From positions 114,303,322 through 114,367,321 of the forward strand of contig NC_068984.1 in NCBI RefSeq assembly GCF_001194135.2: a stretch of DNA of 64,000 nt. The letters run 5' to 3'. The notes below the pieces were generated by a model. That model worked only from the letters and a program-made list of their open reading frames with translations, was not told the origin of the DNA and searched no databases. Positions within the stretch are counted from its first letter, which is position 1; each line of letters starts with the position of its first letter. Positions 1 to 11,900 of the stretch are shown here, one piece after another. The stretch is from Octopus bimaculoides (lineage: Eukaryota). The translations under genes were made by a program, and so were the position numbers.

Positions 1-92
1 CAACAATCTCACTCGGATGTCTTACTGGCAAAGGCCACGCTCGAAATGGTGTATTACGTGTCACCTGCACAGGAGCCAGTCCATCGGCACTG
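1..92 (-). mobile_element. Fragment of RTE-LINE 3' tail repeat, cut by the window edge
   Basis: Matches the internal subunits (ggccacgctcgaaatggtgt...gagccagtccatcggcactg) of the tail copies at 15.7, 33.2 and 58.9 kb. Confidence 0.7.
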
Positions 93-289
93 TGCAGGTG
101 ACACGTAATACATATATATTACATATACATAAGTACTTATACACACACACACACACACGAGTAAAAACACCATACTCCATACAATGCATCAAATATAAAC
201 AATGGATGTACCATAGGCATTGTGTGATCACAAACAGGTCATTAGCAAAAGTAGCCTTCATGCGTTGCAGGTACACAGGAATATTAAAC

Positions 290-560
290 AGGAAATAAAT
301 TCCCTTAACTGCTCAGAAGGTTCCCCAGAAGTAGTCACTAGTTTTTGTTACCTAGATGACCTAATTAGGAGTGGGGTTGGTTGCTATTAAATTATAGTAG
401 TCAGAGGAAGAACTAAACAGAAAAATTTCAGGGTGCTACGACATCTACTGGCAACAAAGGAACCTCTCCATTACTTAGAGCAAGGGCTAGATTGTATAAT
501 GCTTGTGTGTGGAGTGTGGTGCTACATGATAGTGAGATCTGAGCTTTGAGCTCTGACTCA
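290..560 (+). mobile_element. Degenerate RTE LINE fragment (C-terminal part of the RT ORF)
   Basis: Decayed VV.SFCYL.DLI.SG.GC and LY.ACV.SV.LH.SE motifs, collinear with the better-preserved fragment at 3574-3950. Confidence 0.7.
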
Positions 561-790
561 TCCCCATCACCCCCAAATCCTGTCTTTCTTCAATGATCCT
601 GTCTCTGCATCCTCTCTAGATCCTCAACACCCACATTTTTTCCTCTAGAACAATGGAGTATGACACTGTCCTTTAATTTGTCAGATCCTTATGAACCATC
701 CACCCCAAACCAGAAAGGAAATCAGATATAAAATAGTGATGGTAATATTTGTATACACATATACACATTATATGTACATACATACACATA

Positions 791-2386
791 CAGTGGGGGG
801 AAATAAATATTCGTACATGTCAAAATTCTTTATTCATTTAACTTCTAATGAACATAAATGGGATATACCAATACTATATTTGCATACACATGCATAAACT
901 AAGAATATGCAAAAGAAACTAATAAATTTATATACAATTATAAATATTTAGGGGTGAAAAAAGTATTCATACAGAATAAATTTATGATTTTCTATGCCAC
1001 AAAATACTGTTAAAATAATTTGTTTTTTTACTAGAACTTTCTCGTTTGTTCCAATAATCTTATCAGTAGTCATTTTTAAGTGTCAAAACGCTAGCTTCTT
1101 CATTCAGCACTGAGACAACATAAAGTAGTGTCGTAATAATGGCGAAAAGTAAAGAACTCACAAATTCAGTGAAAAACTTAATTATTGAACAGTGGAAAGC
1201 AGGTAAAAGTTACAGGAAAATATCAGAGACCCTTTGTATTCCATTTTCTACCATATCTTCATTTATTCAAAGATATAAAAAATCAGGAAATGTTGAAAAC
1301 AGAAGAAGATCCGGTGCACCATGCAAGATTTCCCCTAAATCTTTAAGAAAAATGAAGTGAAGTATCGAAAAAAACGCAATGATCACCAGAAAGGAGTTGC
1401 AAGAATATTTGTTAGCTTCAGGGACTAGTGTTGCACTACAAACAATCAGCAATGAACTTCATAGGAATGAACTGAAGTCACACTCTCCTAGAAAAACTCC
1501 GCTGTTGACTAAAAGGCATAGAGATGCCCGTTTAAAATTTGTTTATGAACATAAAGATAAATCTGATACATTCTGGGAAAATGTTCTATGGACAGACGAG
1601 TCGAAAATTGAATTGTTTGGATGAAATTCGTGAAGCCATGTTTGGAGGAAAGATGGTACTGCCTATTCACCGAAAAACACAATTCCTACCATAAAGTATG
1701 GAGGTAGCAACATCATGGTCTGGGGGTGTTTCTCTGCAAATGGCACTGGTAATTTACATGTAATAGATGGTAGAATGAATGCAGAGATGTACCAAAATAT
1801 TTTGAACAATAATTTATGGGACTCCATAGAAAAGCTCCAGCTTTGTGAAGGGTGAGTTTTACAATAGAATAACGACCCTAAGCACACGGCGAAGTCTACC
1901 AAGAAATGGATTGTCGATCACAATATAAAATTATTAGAATGGCCAAGCCAGTCACCTGACTTGAACCCCATTGAAAATTTGTGGCGTTATTTGAAAATTA
2001 AAACTCATTCAAGAGCCCCAACGTGCATTCCAGATGTGAAGAAAATTTTTCAAGAAAAATGGGAAAAAATTCCTAAAGAAACATGCGAGTCATTGATTAA
2101 GAACTATAAGAAGAGATTGGTTGAAGTGGAACTGAATAATGGTTATGCTACAAAGTATTAAATCAGAATTATCGGTTATTTATGTTCTGTACGAATACTT
2201 TTTTCACCCCTAAATATTTATAATTGAATATAAATTCCTTAGTTACTATAATTTATGAGTTTATTTTGCATATTCTTAGTTTATGCATGTGTATGCAAAT
2301 ATAGTATTGGTATATCCCATTTATGTTCATTAGAAAGTAAATAAAGAATTTTGACATGTACGAGTATTTATCCCCCCCCACCACTG
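791..2386 (+). mobile_element. Full-length Tc1-family DNA transposon, 1596 bp, about 190-200 bp TIRs, TA target-site duplication
   Basis: TA at 789-790 and 2387-2388; termini CAGTGG...CCACTG; 791-~980 is the reverse complement of ~2180-2386 with small indels; central transposase frame. Confidence 0.95.
1139..2161 (+). pseudogene. Tc1 transposase pseudogene (340 codons, DD34E), five in-frame stops, no frameshift
   Basis: ORF-track pieces 1139-1360, 1379-1624 and 1961-2161 share one frame. Motifs: N-terminal HTH, GAPCK, WTDESKIELFG, VKYGG-like [34 protein letters not shown]. Stops at 1358, 1622, 1631, 1853, 1865. Confidence 0.93.
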
Positions 2387-2580
2387 TATACACATACATA
2401 TGTACATACACACATTGTCATAGATGCATGTATATGGGTGTGTAGTGATGGACAAATTTATTATCCATAACAGTTATCAAGAGACAGTCCTACAGCTATA
2501 GTGAAGGTGACCAGTCAAGGAAAATAAAAACTGAAACATTCTAAAAGGGAACATTTCAGACTTGTCACATTAGAATGGAT

Positions 2581-3950
2581 CATCATCATCATCATCATCA
2601 TCGTTTAACGTCCGCTTTCCATGCTAGCATGGGTTGGACGATTTGACTGAGGACTGGTGAAACCGGATGGCAACACCAGGCTCCAGTCTGATTTGGCAGA
2701 GTTTCTACAGCTGGATGCCCTTCCTAACGCCAACCACTCAGAGAGTGTAGTGGGTGCTTTTACGTGTCACCCGCACGAAAACGGCCACGCTCGAAATGGT
2801 GTCNNNNNNNNNNNNNNNNNNNNNNNNNNNNNNNNNNNNNNNNNNNNNNNNNNNNNNNNNNNNNNNNNNNNNNNNNNNNNNNNNNNNNNNNNNNNNNNNN
2901 NNNNNNNNNNNNNNNNNNNNNNNNNNNNNNNNNNNNNNNNNNNNNNNNNNNNNNNNNNNNNNNNNNNNNNNNNNNNNNNNNNNNNNNNNNNNNNNNNNNN
3001 NNNNNNNNNNNNNNNNNNNNNNNNNNNNNNNNNNNNNNNNNNNNNNNNNNNNNNNNNNNNNNNNNNNNNNNNNNNNNNNNNNNNNNNNNNNNNNNNNNNN
3101 NNNNNNNNNNNNNNNNNNNNNNNNNNNNNNNNNNNNNNNNNNNNNNNNNNNNNNNNNNNNNNNNNNNNNNNNNNNNNNNNNNNNNNNNNNNNNNNNNNNN
3201 NNNNNNNNNNNNNNNNNNNNNNNNNNNNNNNNNNNNNNNNNNNNNNNNNNNNNNNNNNNNNNNNNNNNNNNNNNNNNNNNNNNNNNNNNNNNNNNNNNNN
3301 NNNNNNNNNNNNNNNNNNNNNNNNNNNNNNNNNNNNNNNNNNNNNNNNNNNNNNNNNNNNNNNNNNNNNNNNNNNNNNNNNNNNNNNNNNNNNNNNNNNN
3401 NNNNNNNNNNNNNNNNNNNNNNNNNNNNNNNNNNNNNNNNNNNNNNNNNNNNNNNNNNNNNNNNNNNNNNNNNNNNNNNNNNNNNNNNNNNNNNNNNNNN
3501 NNNNNNNNNNNNNNNNNNNNNNNNNNNNNNNNNNNNNNNNNNNNNNNNNNNNNNNNNNNNNNNNNNNNNNNNNNTACAGCCCATGTTTCACTGCCATGTA
3601 GCATGGTTGTTCGTACGCATGCGTCATACAGTCTGCCTTTTACTCTGAGTGAGAGTCCCTTTGTCGCCAGCAGGGGTAAGAGCTCTCTAAACTTTGCCCA
3701 GGCTATTCTTATTCTAGCAGCTACACTTTCAGCGCACCCACCCCCACTACTAACTTGGTCGCCCAGATAGCGGAAGCTATCGACTACCTCTAGTTTTTCA
3801 CCCTGGAATGAGATAGAAGTTGTTTCCTGTTTGTTTGCAGTCTTTATTGCACCTGAACATCTGCCACAAACAAAAACTAACTTGCTAGTTAACCTGCCTT
3901 TGATGTTGCTACAAAAACTAACTTGCTAGTTAACCTGCCTTTGATGTTAA
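2581..3950 (-). mobile_element. 5'-truncated RTE LINE: late ORF fragment plus (ATG)n-tailed 3' end, joined across an N gap
   Basis: 3574-3900 on - reads ...EVVDSFRYLGDQVSSGGGCAESVAARIRIAWAKFRELLPLLATKGLSLRVKGRLYDACVRTTMLHGSETWAV; 2581-2803 is the tail on the same strand. Continuity across 2804-3573 is inferred. Confidence 0.75.
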
Positions 3951-4189
3951 TGTTTGTCCATGTTGTAAACTGGTTTTGTGATTGGAAAAGCATCCAATTG
4001 TTAAAAATATGCCAATAACATTAGTCAAATCAATGAAAAACTATAATTGCATAAAGAGGGATAACACTTAATTCATGCTGCACACTGTAGTGAGGTGAAT
4101 AGGTAAGGATATCCTGACCATGCACAATAACCTCTTGGCCATCATTAAACAATCACAACTCAATACTGAATAGCAATTAGTGATATTGG

Positions 4190-5330
4190 TCTTAACAAGA
4201 GAGACACAACAATCTGGAGAAGGAAAGAAGGGAACAGCTAGAAATTTGTAAAAGGCAACAAACCGCAAACTACCTCTGTGGATGAAGCAAGGTTCACCAA
4301 AACAATATCTGATATGGAGGTAAAATAGTATGGTAGAGGGAACTATAAAAGCTAAGAGACAGGTCTAAAAAGAAAAGATAAAGTGGAAAAGCAAAGAATA
4401 ATATTAGACAGCTAGAAAAGAAGCTGAACTACAACTAGAGAAGCAAAAAAATATGAGGTGTGCAAATATTCTACAATATGAGTATCAGAGGTGTTTGATT
4501 TTCCAAATTGCAGAGGGAATCAGGATGTTGTTGATGGAAAATATAAATGTAATGGTAATGATTTACTCGCCTTGACTGATGTCAAAGAGGAGCAGGGTGA
4601 AAATGCTACTGAGATAATGTTGAATGAGGAGAATGTGTGAAAGGGAAAGAAAATAACCTCAAGTAGACCTAATATCTGAAGGAGCTATTATTGACAGATA
4701 TGCAGTTAAACTGTCCATTAAAAATAAGGACAAGAAATCAACAGAGCTAATTCTGAGATGTTGAAAATAACTAGCAAAGCAGGACATACACCAATCACCC
4801 ACACAGTCAATCAGATGCTATAGGAAAGAGTCATTACCAATGACTAGTGCAGCAGTATCATTATCAATTGCTAGAAAGGCAAAGATGATATTCTACAAAG
4901 AAGCAATTACAATGGCATCAATTTGATAGACCAAGTTATGAAAGTAATTAGGAAGGAGAATTAAGCTTAGATTAGATGCAGTTTGGATTTGTGCTAAGAT
5001 GGGGTACCACTGCTCTCTTCCTAGTGAAACAACAAACAGAAGTTCTTCACCAATAAGATCAAGCCACTATGCTTAGAATTCATTGACCTGGTGAAAGTCT
5101 TTGACAGAGTAGCATGCTCTGTAATTTAATGGTCAGTAAGAAGACTAGGTATATGGCTTGTGAGAGCTGTACAAGCTATGTACAGAAACATTGTCAGAAA
5201 GGTGGAAGTTCAGCAAGGAATTTATCATGCAAGTAGGCATCCATCAAGAATCTATTCTCAGCCCTCAGTTGTTTATTAGAGCTCTACAGGCTGTAACAAA
5301 GGAAATCAAGACTAGTTTTCTAAGGAATTA
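4190..5330 (+). mobile_element. Old RTE LINE fragment (RT domain)
   Basis: Decayed Y.GI.L.DQVMKV, FIDL.K.FDRV and G.HQ.S.LSP.LF motifs with many stops and frameshifts. Confidence 0.7.
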
Positions 5331-6419
5331 CAGAAAAAATTCCAAACATAGAATTAAATCTTAGAATCAATAATTCTTAAATGTATTGGAACAGTAAACA
5401 GGACTCTACAATCAACTGGGAAGTGTCATTTCTCAAAATACAAAAATGTGGTAGGTAGAAGTACCATATGGCACAAGCAACGTGATGTATAAGTGCACAA
5501 GTGGGGCAATGGAGTAACTGGCAAGCTGAGAGAGATAAAGGATTATAAATTCAAGACCTCAAAATTATTCTAGATCTATCATGATGACACCACATTTAAA
5601 AGCATTACCAAACTTACATCACAAAGACTGGGATTGTCTTTAGAACCAGGACCTGTGACTGCTAATTTTCTACAAAGCTCAAGAAACCTACATCAATGGA
5701 ATGGTGATACTGCTACACACATTAACATCCTAGATCAATCACAGAGGTTTGAAAACCAACAAAGTTTCAATCGTGATCTTATAGACATGTTTCTTTTCTC
5801 CAATTCCTTCATCTCTAATGGTCTCTTCTCTGTACTATTTTGCTGCAAAACCCTAACTCCTGCTCTACTAATAATTATAACTGTGTTTCATCTTCCAAGC
5901 CCAGCACTGCACATCTCTCAGAGCATCTGGTAATCTCTCCTGAGTCACATTTTTTCTCCCTCTTTTTTTTTTCTTCTATGGCTATTTAAGATAAATATCA
6001 ACCACATCAATCTAAAAGGACCTATAATTACATGGATACAAGCCCTTCCTTCTTTGACTAACTTGTAGATTTCTAAGAATGCTTTGCACAAGACAATTGG
6101 CAACTTTTCTTTCTATCTTGTATTTATAAATGGACAAATTGTACATTAACATTACTACCAAAAAATTATCTTGTTCTTTCTGGCATCGTTTTCAACTAGA
6201 TTTTCTCACAAACCACTTTTACAAAAGCAATTGACATTGTAAACAATTTCTGTATAAATATTTAATTAATAGACAAAAAAAAAAAGAAAAGAAACGAGGG
6301 AATCGTTTCAGTTAGTGAAAAGTTTTCCCCAAGAGATATAACTGACATCTCAGAAATAAATATAAATTAAATGTATTTAAAATTTGGCCAAATGAAACCC
6401 GTAAAATAATAAGAAGACA

Positions 6420-8640
6420 AGCCCTCTGTCAACCACGTTCAAAACCGGGTTTTGACTGAAACCATTTCACTTAACATTCGCCGCAAATGACCTTGGGATA
6501 GGCATGAACATCACAACATCTCACTTTGCCGTCCATGTAAATCTGAGACGTGTGTGTAGCAGAAAGAAACCAATATTTAGCTGTTTTACTTTGTTTACCG
6601 ATTTATTCGCGTCAAAATCTTACTCGGGCGCTTCGCTCCTGCTATCACATATACACGCACGCACACATTCACCTTACAAGATCAACGTGTAATCACAATA
6701 CAATTCCTTCAAATATTTTTGCAACGAATTTGCTTGTGAAGAAATGTTATCCGATTAAATGTATATATCAAGATGAAAAGAAGAAACAGAAAATTATAAT
6801 TTTGAAAAAAAAACCCCAGATACTAAGTTGCGTTTATCTTTTCGAGTCAATGATCTATGTAGTTTAGTATATATATGAACGATGCTAACGCAACTTCAGC
6901 AGGCACAACACATAACTTCTGTAATGCAACGGAAGGTTACTCAAATTGAATTGCTGTTTATAATTAATATTTTTACAGTAGCAGAAGAGACAATAATATA
7001 TCAGGAAGTAAACAACTAGACTGAATATAAAATATTATAAAGCTTATTTATTTACACGAATAAAAGTTATCGGAAACCGTCAAGTTTCGTTTGTTTTTTC
7101 AGTCGAAACAGACAAGTGGTTGCATCTAAGGGAGGACAAGCGTGATTTTACAGCTCCAGACTTAACTTCCAAAACCAAAGTGAGCCTTAATAAAGTGGAA
7201 AATACTTGTAAACAGATAACTATGTAAAGGAAGATGAAAAGGAATAAATATGTAATTCTTAGAACGGCAGTTTAGAAACCACTCAAATTATAAAATATCA
7301 ATGATTTGTCTGTTTACCGGGTTTCATTTTATACAATTAGGCTGATCTATGTTACAACATATCAAGAATATGATTTTCGTCAGTCATTTCAATAAACGAA
7401 TTCTTGTTTTCATGAATTTAGAATAAGATTCAGTATTATTTTTGTTAATATACATAAATGTACAGATCCATATTTTGCCATATTTTACTAAGAACAAATC
7501 TTGTTATTTAGTTTTTTTTACTTCTCAAAATCGCATCTTCTATTGCAACATTAATATCACAATATTTATTAATAACGCATTGTCAAGTTTAAAGACTACA
7601 TTCAACATTCAAAAATACTTCAGTATAAGCATTTAATCATTCCCAATTTGAATATTACATTAGATATGTAATTCCATGTCATATCTGTGCTTACATATGA
7701 AAATGCTAAGAAAATCCATTGGAAAACATTAATAAATAAGATATACTTTTGGAAGTAGCATTAACTAAAATAACTTGAGTCGGGTTGGTTTCTCTCACAG
7801 ATTTCTCTTATCAATTTCAACTCAATATCACAACAAATAACATAACGATGTTCTTCTTTATTATATTAATGACCAGGTTTTTTGGAGCTGTAGAAGTAGG
7901 AAGAAAGGCCAAAACTATTTTATTTCGTTGTCGATCAAGTAAACATGATGCAAAAAATGAAATAACATTTATTGTGAAAAATCCAAGAGATAAATACATT
8001 TAATCATCAACTGTCATTCCTAAAACTTTATTCTTTAAGATCTCATAAATACAGTAAAAAAAAAATGACAAAATTGAGAAACATGATATAACTTACCTTT
8101 TAATAAACAGGAAAACGAAAGTGTATTTAGATATCAAAAAATAAAACGGATAGAGACGTAAAAATAAAAAGGAAAAAGGGGGTTGAGCAGAAAAATTGAC
8201 AGAACTTTTGAGAAAGAAGTTCAGAAAAGTGTCCTTTCTCTATTTGGAAAGAATTTTAAAAGGGAAACAAAATATTCTTTCTAAAACTGCAAAAAAATGA
8301 TAAAGAAAATTTAAACAACTTACCAAGACTATTTTGCTTTCTATATAACCTTTATTTTTATTTTTTTAAAGCCCTGACCAAAACAAATTTTTGAAAAAAA
8401 AAAAATTGCCAATTGTACTTACTTGTAAAGGAGAGAGCCCGTGCTGCTGGCGCCTCAAACACTGAGATCTACTGATTCTGTTGCACCGTTAGACTAATGG
8501 AATTGTTTTATGAACACTATGACGTCACAGATAACCCGGATAAGGAAGAATTTGTTTATTTATTTATTTTTTCCTTTATTTTTGTTATTCATTTATTTAT
8601 TTATTATTTGTAAAGAGGACAGTTCCATACTTCCGGGAAT
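6420..8640 (-). promoter_or_regulatory. Putative promoter and non-coding 5' exons of a - strand gene that continues leftwards
   Basis: TE-free and relatively CpG-rich; TGACGTCA at 8520-8527; ACTTCCGG at 8629-8636; - strand GTAAGT donors after 8423, 8324 and 8097, GTAAGA after 6624; acceptors before 7020 and 6542. Confidence 0.45.
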
Positions 8641-8879
8641 GGCTAAATGGTTCCAAAAAATAAAATAAATTATAAAGAAATTGAAGAAAATCGAATAAAT
8701 TAATGAAGAAATTAAGTTCGATTACATGATAATTTGGATCCACAGAGTTGTTCTGTGTTTTATTTTTTCTTGTTGATTTTAGTTTCCGGTGCTCAGCCAA
8801 ATTAGAAATTGTACAACAGAAACACTCGGCTCTGTTTTCTGTAGCAGACGCTTATTTCAAGAGTTTATTTCTTATCTTT

Positions 8880-9478
8880 TATTTGTTTCAAACACGGGGA
8901 CTGCAGTCATGCTAGAGCATCATCCAGAAGGGTTTGGTCGAACAAATTGACCCCAGTACTTATTTTGACTTAGAGTCTGGTCTGGTGGGGGTACTTATTC
9001 TATCGTTCTCTTTTTGCCGAACCGCTAGAAGGGGACGTAAACAACCCAGCACCGGTTGTCAAGCGGTGCTGGGCGACAAAAACACACACACACATATATA
9101 TGTAGGTTCGGTAGGGCAAAGAGGAAAATAGATCTCAAAACATGAGTCTAAAAGTATTTTATCAATAATCGACAGAAGTTATAGAGTAACTCAAGGGTCG
9201 AGAGATTCGTGTTTTGGCACGCCCTTGAGTCACTCTGTAACTTCTGTCGATTATTAATAAAAGATATGTGATGTACATACACACATACATGCATATATAT
9301 ATGTGTGTGTGTGTGTGTATGAGGCACTTTTTTTAGTTTCTGTCTATCAAGTCCGTTCAAAAGGCTTTGGTTGGCCGGAACGATGGTAGAAGACACTCGT
9401 CCAAGGTGCCACGCAGTGGGAATGAACACGAAACTATGTGGTTGGGAAGTAAGCGCCTTACCACACAGTCACACCAAT
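8880..9478 (-). mobile_element. tRNA-derived SINE (octopus OR-like) with central microsatellite and an inserted hairpin
   Basis: tRNA-like head on - near 9478 (ggtgtgactgtgtggtaagg...); body (gaccccagtacttatt...tttgccgaaccgct) shared with copies at 19.2, 19.9 and 26.5 kb. Confidence 0.8.
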
Positions 9479-9939
9479 GCTAAAATATAAATTCTAACCG
9501 AAAAAGATTTATAGAGTATATTGATAAAAAAAAAAACCAGTTAATTATCGTCCAGTTACAATTATTCACTCGTATTTTATTAGATTAATTTTACTTAACA
9601 GTGTAGCTAAGGAAACCATAACAACAATCTTCGCAACTAGAGACGGCAACTCTTTGAAATATCAATTGAATTCTCCCAATGATTTTTTTTTTACTTGTAG
9701 TTAAAAATGCACAACATTTTCTTGATTTTACTCTGGCTTGAATGATTTCAGAAGTATTGAAATTAAAAATAAAAGATCAATTTTTGTTGCTTGAGTAGAG
9801 TGTGAATGAACCGTAACATTCTGTTCATTAAAGAAAAATAACAGCCTGCTACGAGTTGACGTTATTTTGTCAAGACAAGGAGATACAAACAGATATATAT
9901 ACATACATGCACAAACCCACTCACATATATGTGTGTGTG

Positions 9940-11900
9940 TACAGGAATCCCTTGCTTACGGAAATAATGCGTTCCTAGAACAAGGAAACAACAGAGAACA
10001 AGTTACACGATCACCTTTAATCGGGAAAATAACTATTTCTTAACGTTTGTTTTTTAACATGCACTGTACACTATAAATGCATAAAAACACAAAAACATTT
10101 TTCGAATGTTTTTTGTGTTTTTATGTATTTATAAATAAGTGAGGAAATTGTTAAGAATCGTAATATCGTGAAAGTAATTCTTACTACAAAGACGTTGACT
10201 ACAGTGTGAAGGGTTGTAGTGAAATGATCTTGGGGGATGAGGGACAATATTTACTATTATATCAGCTTGAAGGGTGAAGAACTTATCCATGTTTATGACG
10301 CATTACCTCTTTTACAACTCAATATAAACTGAGCTGATTGTAAACTCCTTTTGTAATTTTTATATTACATTCACCATTAGGATCATTATCAGCAAAAACC
10401 TACAGACCTTTCTCTATCAGTGCCAACCATTTAGCAATAATTTTTATAGTCAATTTCAGCAGTGTAGGTGAAACTTCTCTTGTCTCCTCTATTCTCTGCT
10501 TTTTTTTATTATTAGTATTTTCCTAACAGCATCAACTCCTTGTTAGATAAACTTTCTCTCTGGGACCCTAGCAACTCAATCATATCATCCTCTATGACGT
10601 CTTCAAATCTTACATCTTTTGCAAACATCATATCTTTCTAAATTTGATGTAAGTTTTCTGCTTGAGGAAAACTTGTCATGGATAGTTTGACCATATACTT
10701 TCCAAAGCACTATTCAAAGTTAAGGGTTTCACTTCATCCCATGACTCAGCTATGTTATCCACAGCAACCATTATGTTGAATTTCTTCTAGAAATCTCTAA
10801 CTATAGGTTTATCCTCCCTGTCAGTTGCTTTCATAAACTGTTTGAAAGTTCTCATATATTATACCTTGCACACCATCATACCTTGATCCATTGGATGGAG
10901 TAAAGAAATTGTATTCTTGAGGATAAATTCTATTCTCACCTTATCAAAAAGTTTATCTAAATTCAATGGATAACTTGGTGCATTGTCTAAAAAAAAACAA
11001 TGCTTTATTGGAGATATTTTATCTCACACAGTACAGCTGAACAATAAACATTTGTAAACCACTCTTTGAAAAGGCTCTTAGTCATTAATGCCTTCTTATT
11101 TGAACACCAAATCAGAGGTAGATTGATCTTTGTTTAACCCTTGATAGCCCTTAGATTTTGGGAGTGATATACGTGTAACGGCTTTAATTTTATATCACCA
11201 GTGATATTTCTTTCCAAAAGAAGTGTCCAAAAATTTTTGGAAGCTTTAGATTTTACTTCTCAAGAATAAAAGTTTTAGCATGCAAGCAGCTCTAGAAATG
11301 TGCAATCTTATCAACATTGTATACATGCTCTGGTGTATAACCCACTTCAGCAATCATTTTCTTCAACTGCCCAGGATAATTAGTTGCAGCCTCTGTATTA
11401 GAGCTCACAGTTTCACCAATCACTTTTATGTTGTGCAAATTCAGTCACTTCTTAAAACTTTCAAACCAGACTTTACTAGCCAAAAAGGGATTTTCATTAC
11501 AAGTTTCTTGGCTCTTTTTTTGAATTACCATTGTATTTATCAGCATATTATACTAATTCTGATCCTTGATCCATACACTCAAGAGTCATTCTATTTTAAG
11601 CAGTACATTAGATCTATGGAAAAATAAGATCTAGACAGTTAACAGAATAGCTTCTTGAGCACTTGAGATAATTTTCTCTCAGTTGTCATATATTGTTCCC
11701 ACTGTAGATGTTGCAAGATCTAATATTTTGGCAAACACAGTTATCCTTTTGCATCAAGTCTTTTTAACACATTAAGTTTATTATTTATTGTAATCCCTTT
11801 ACAGTTCGTTTTCACACGACTGCCTTCAGGTCTACTTGATAGTTTCTCTCCAGACATCTTAAATTGAAGGCAAATTCAACAGCAGCAGTGATTAATTATC
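9940..11900 (-). mobile_element. Degenerate pogo/Tigger transposon remnant
   Basis: - strand near 10880-10920 reads LKNTISLLHPMDQG (pogo DDE_1 'PMDQG' motif); Tigger-like terminus near 9941; other end not found. Confidence 0.7.

Noticed and set aside
2657-3770. Long ORFs of 100-340 aa in the ORF track that span N runs (also at 16.9, 18.2, 20.1, 25.9, 29.9, 48.5, 51.7 and 53.2 kb)
   Set aside because: They are read-through of assembly gaps (X residues), not evidence of coding sequence.
3870-3948. 41-bp tandem duplication
   Set aside because: Lies at the truncated end of the RTE fragment; a local slippage or integration scar with no independent meaning.
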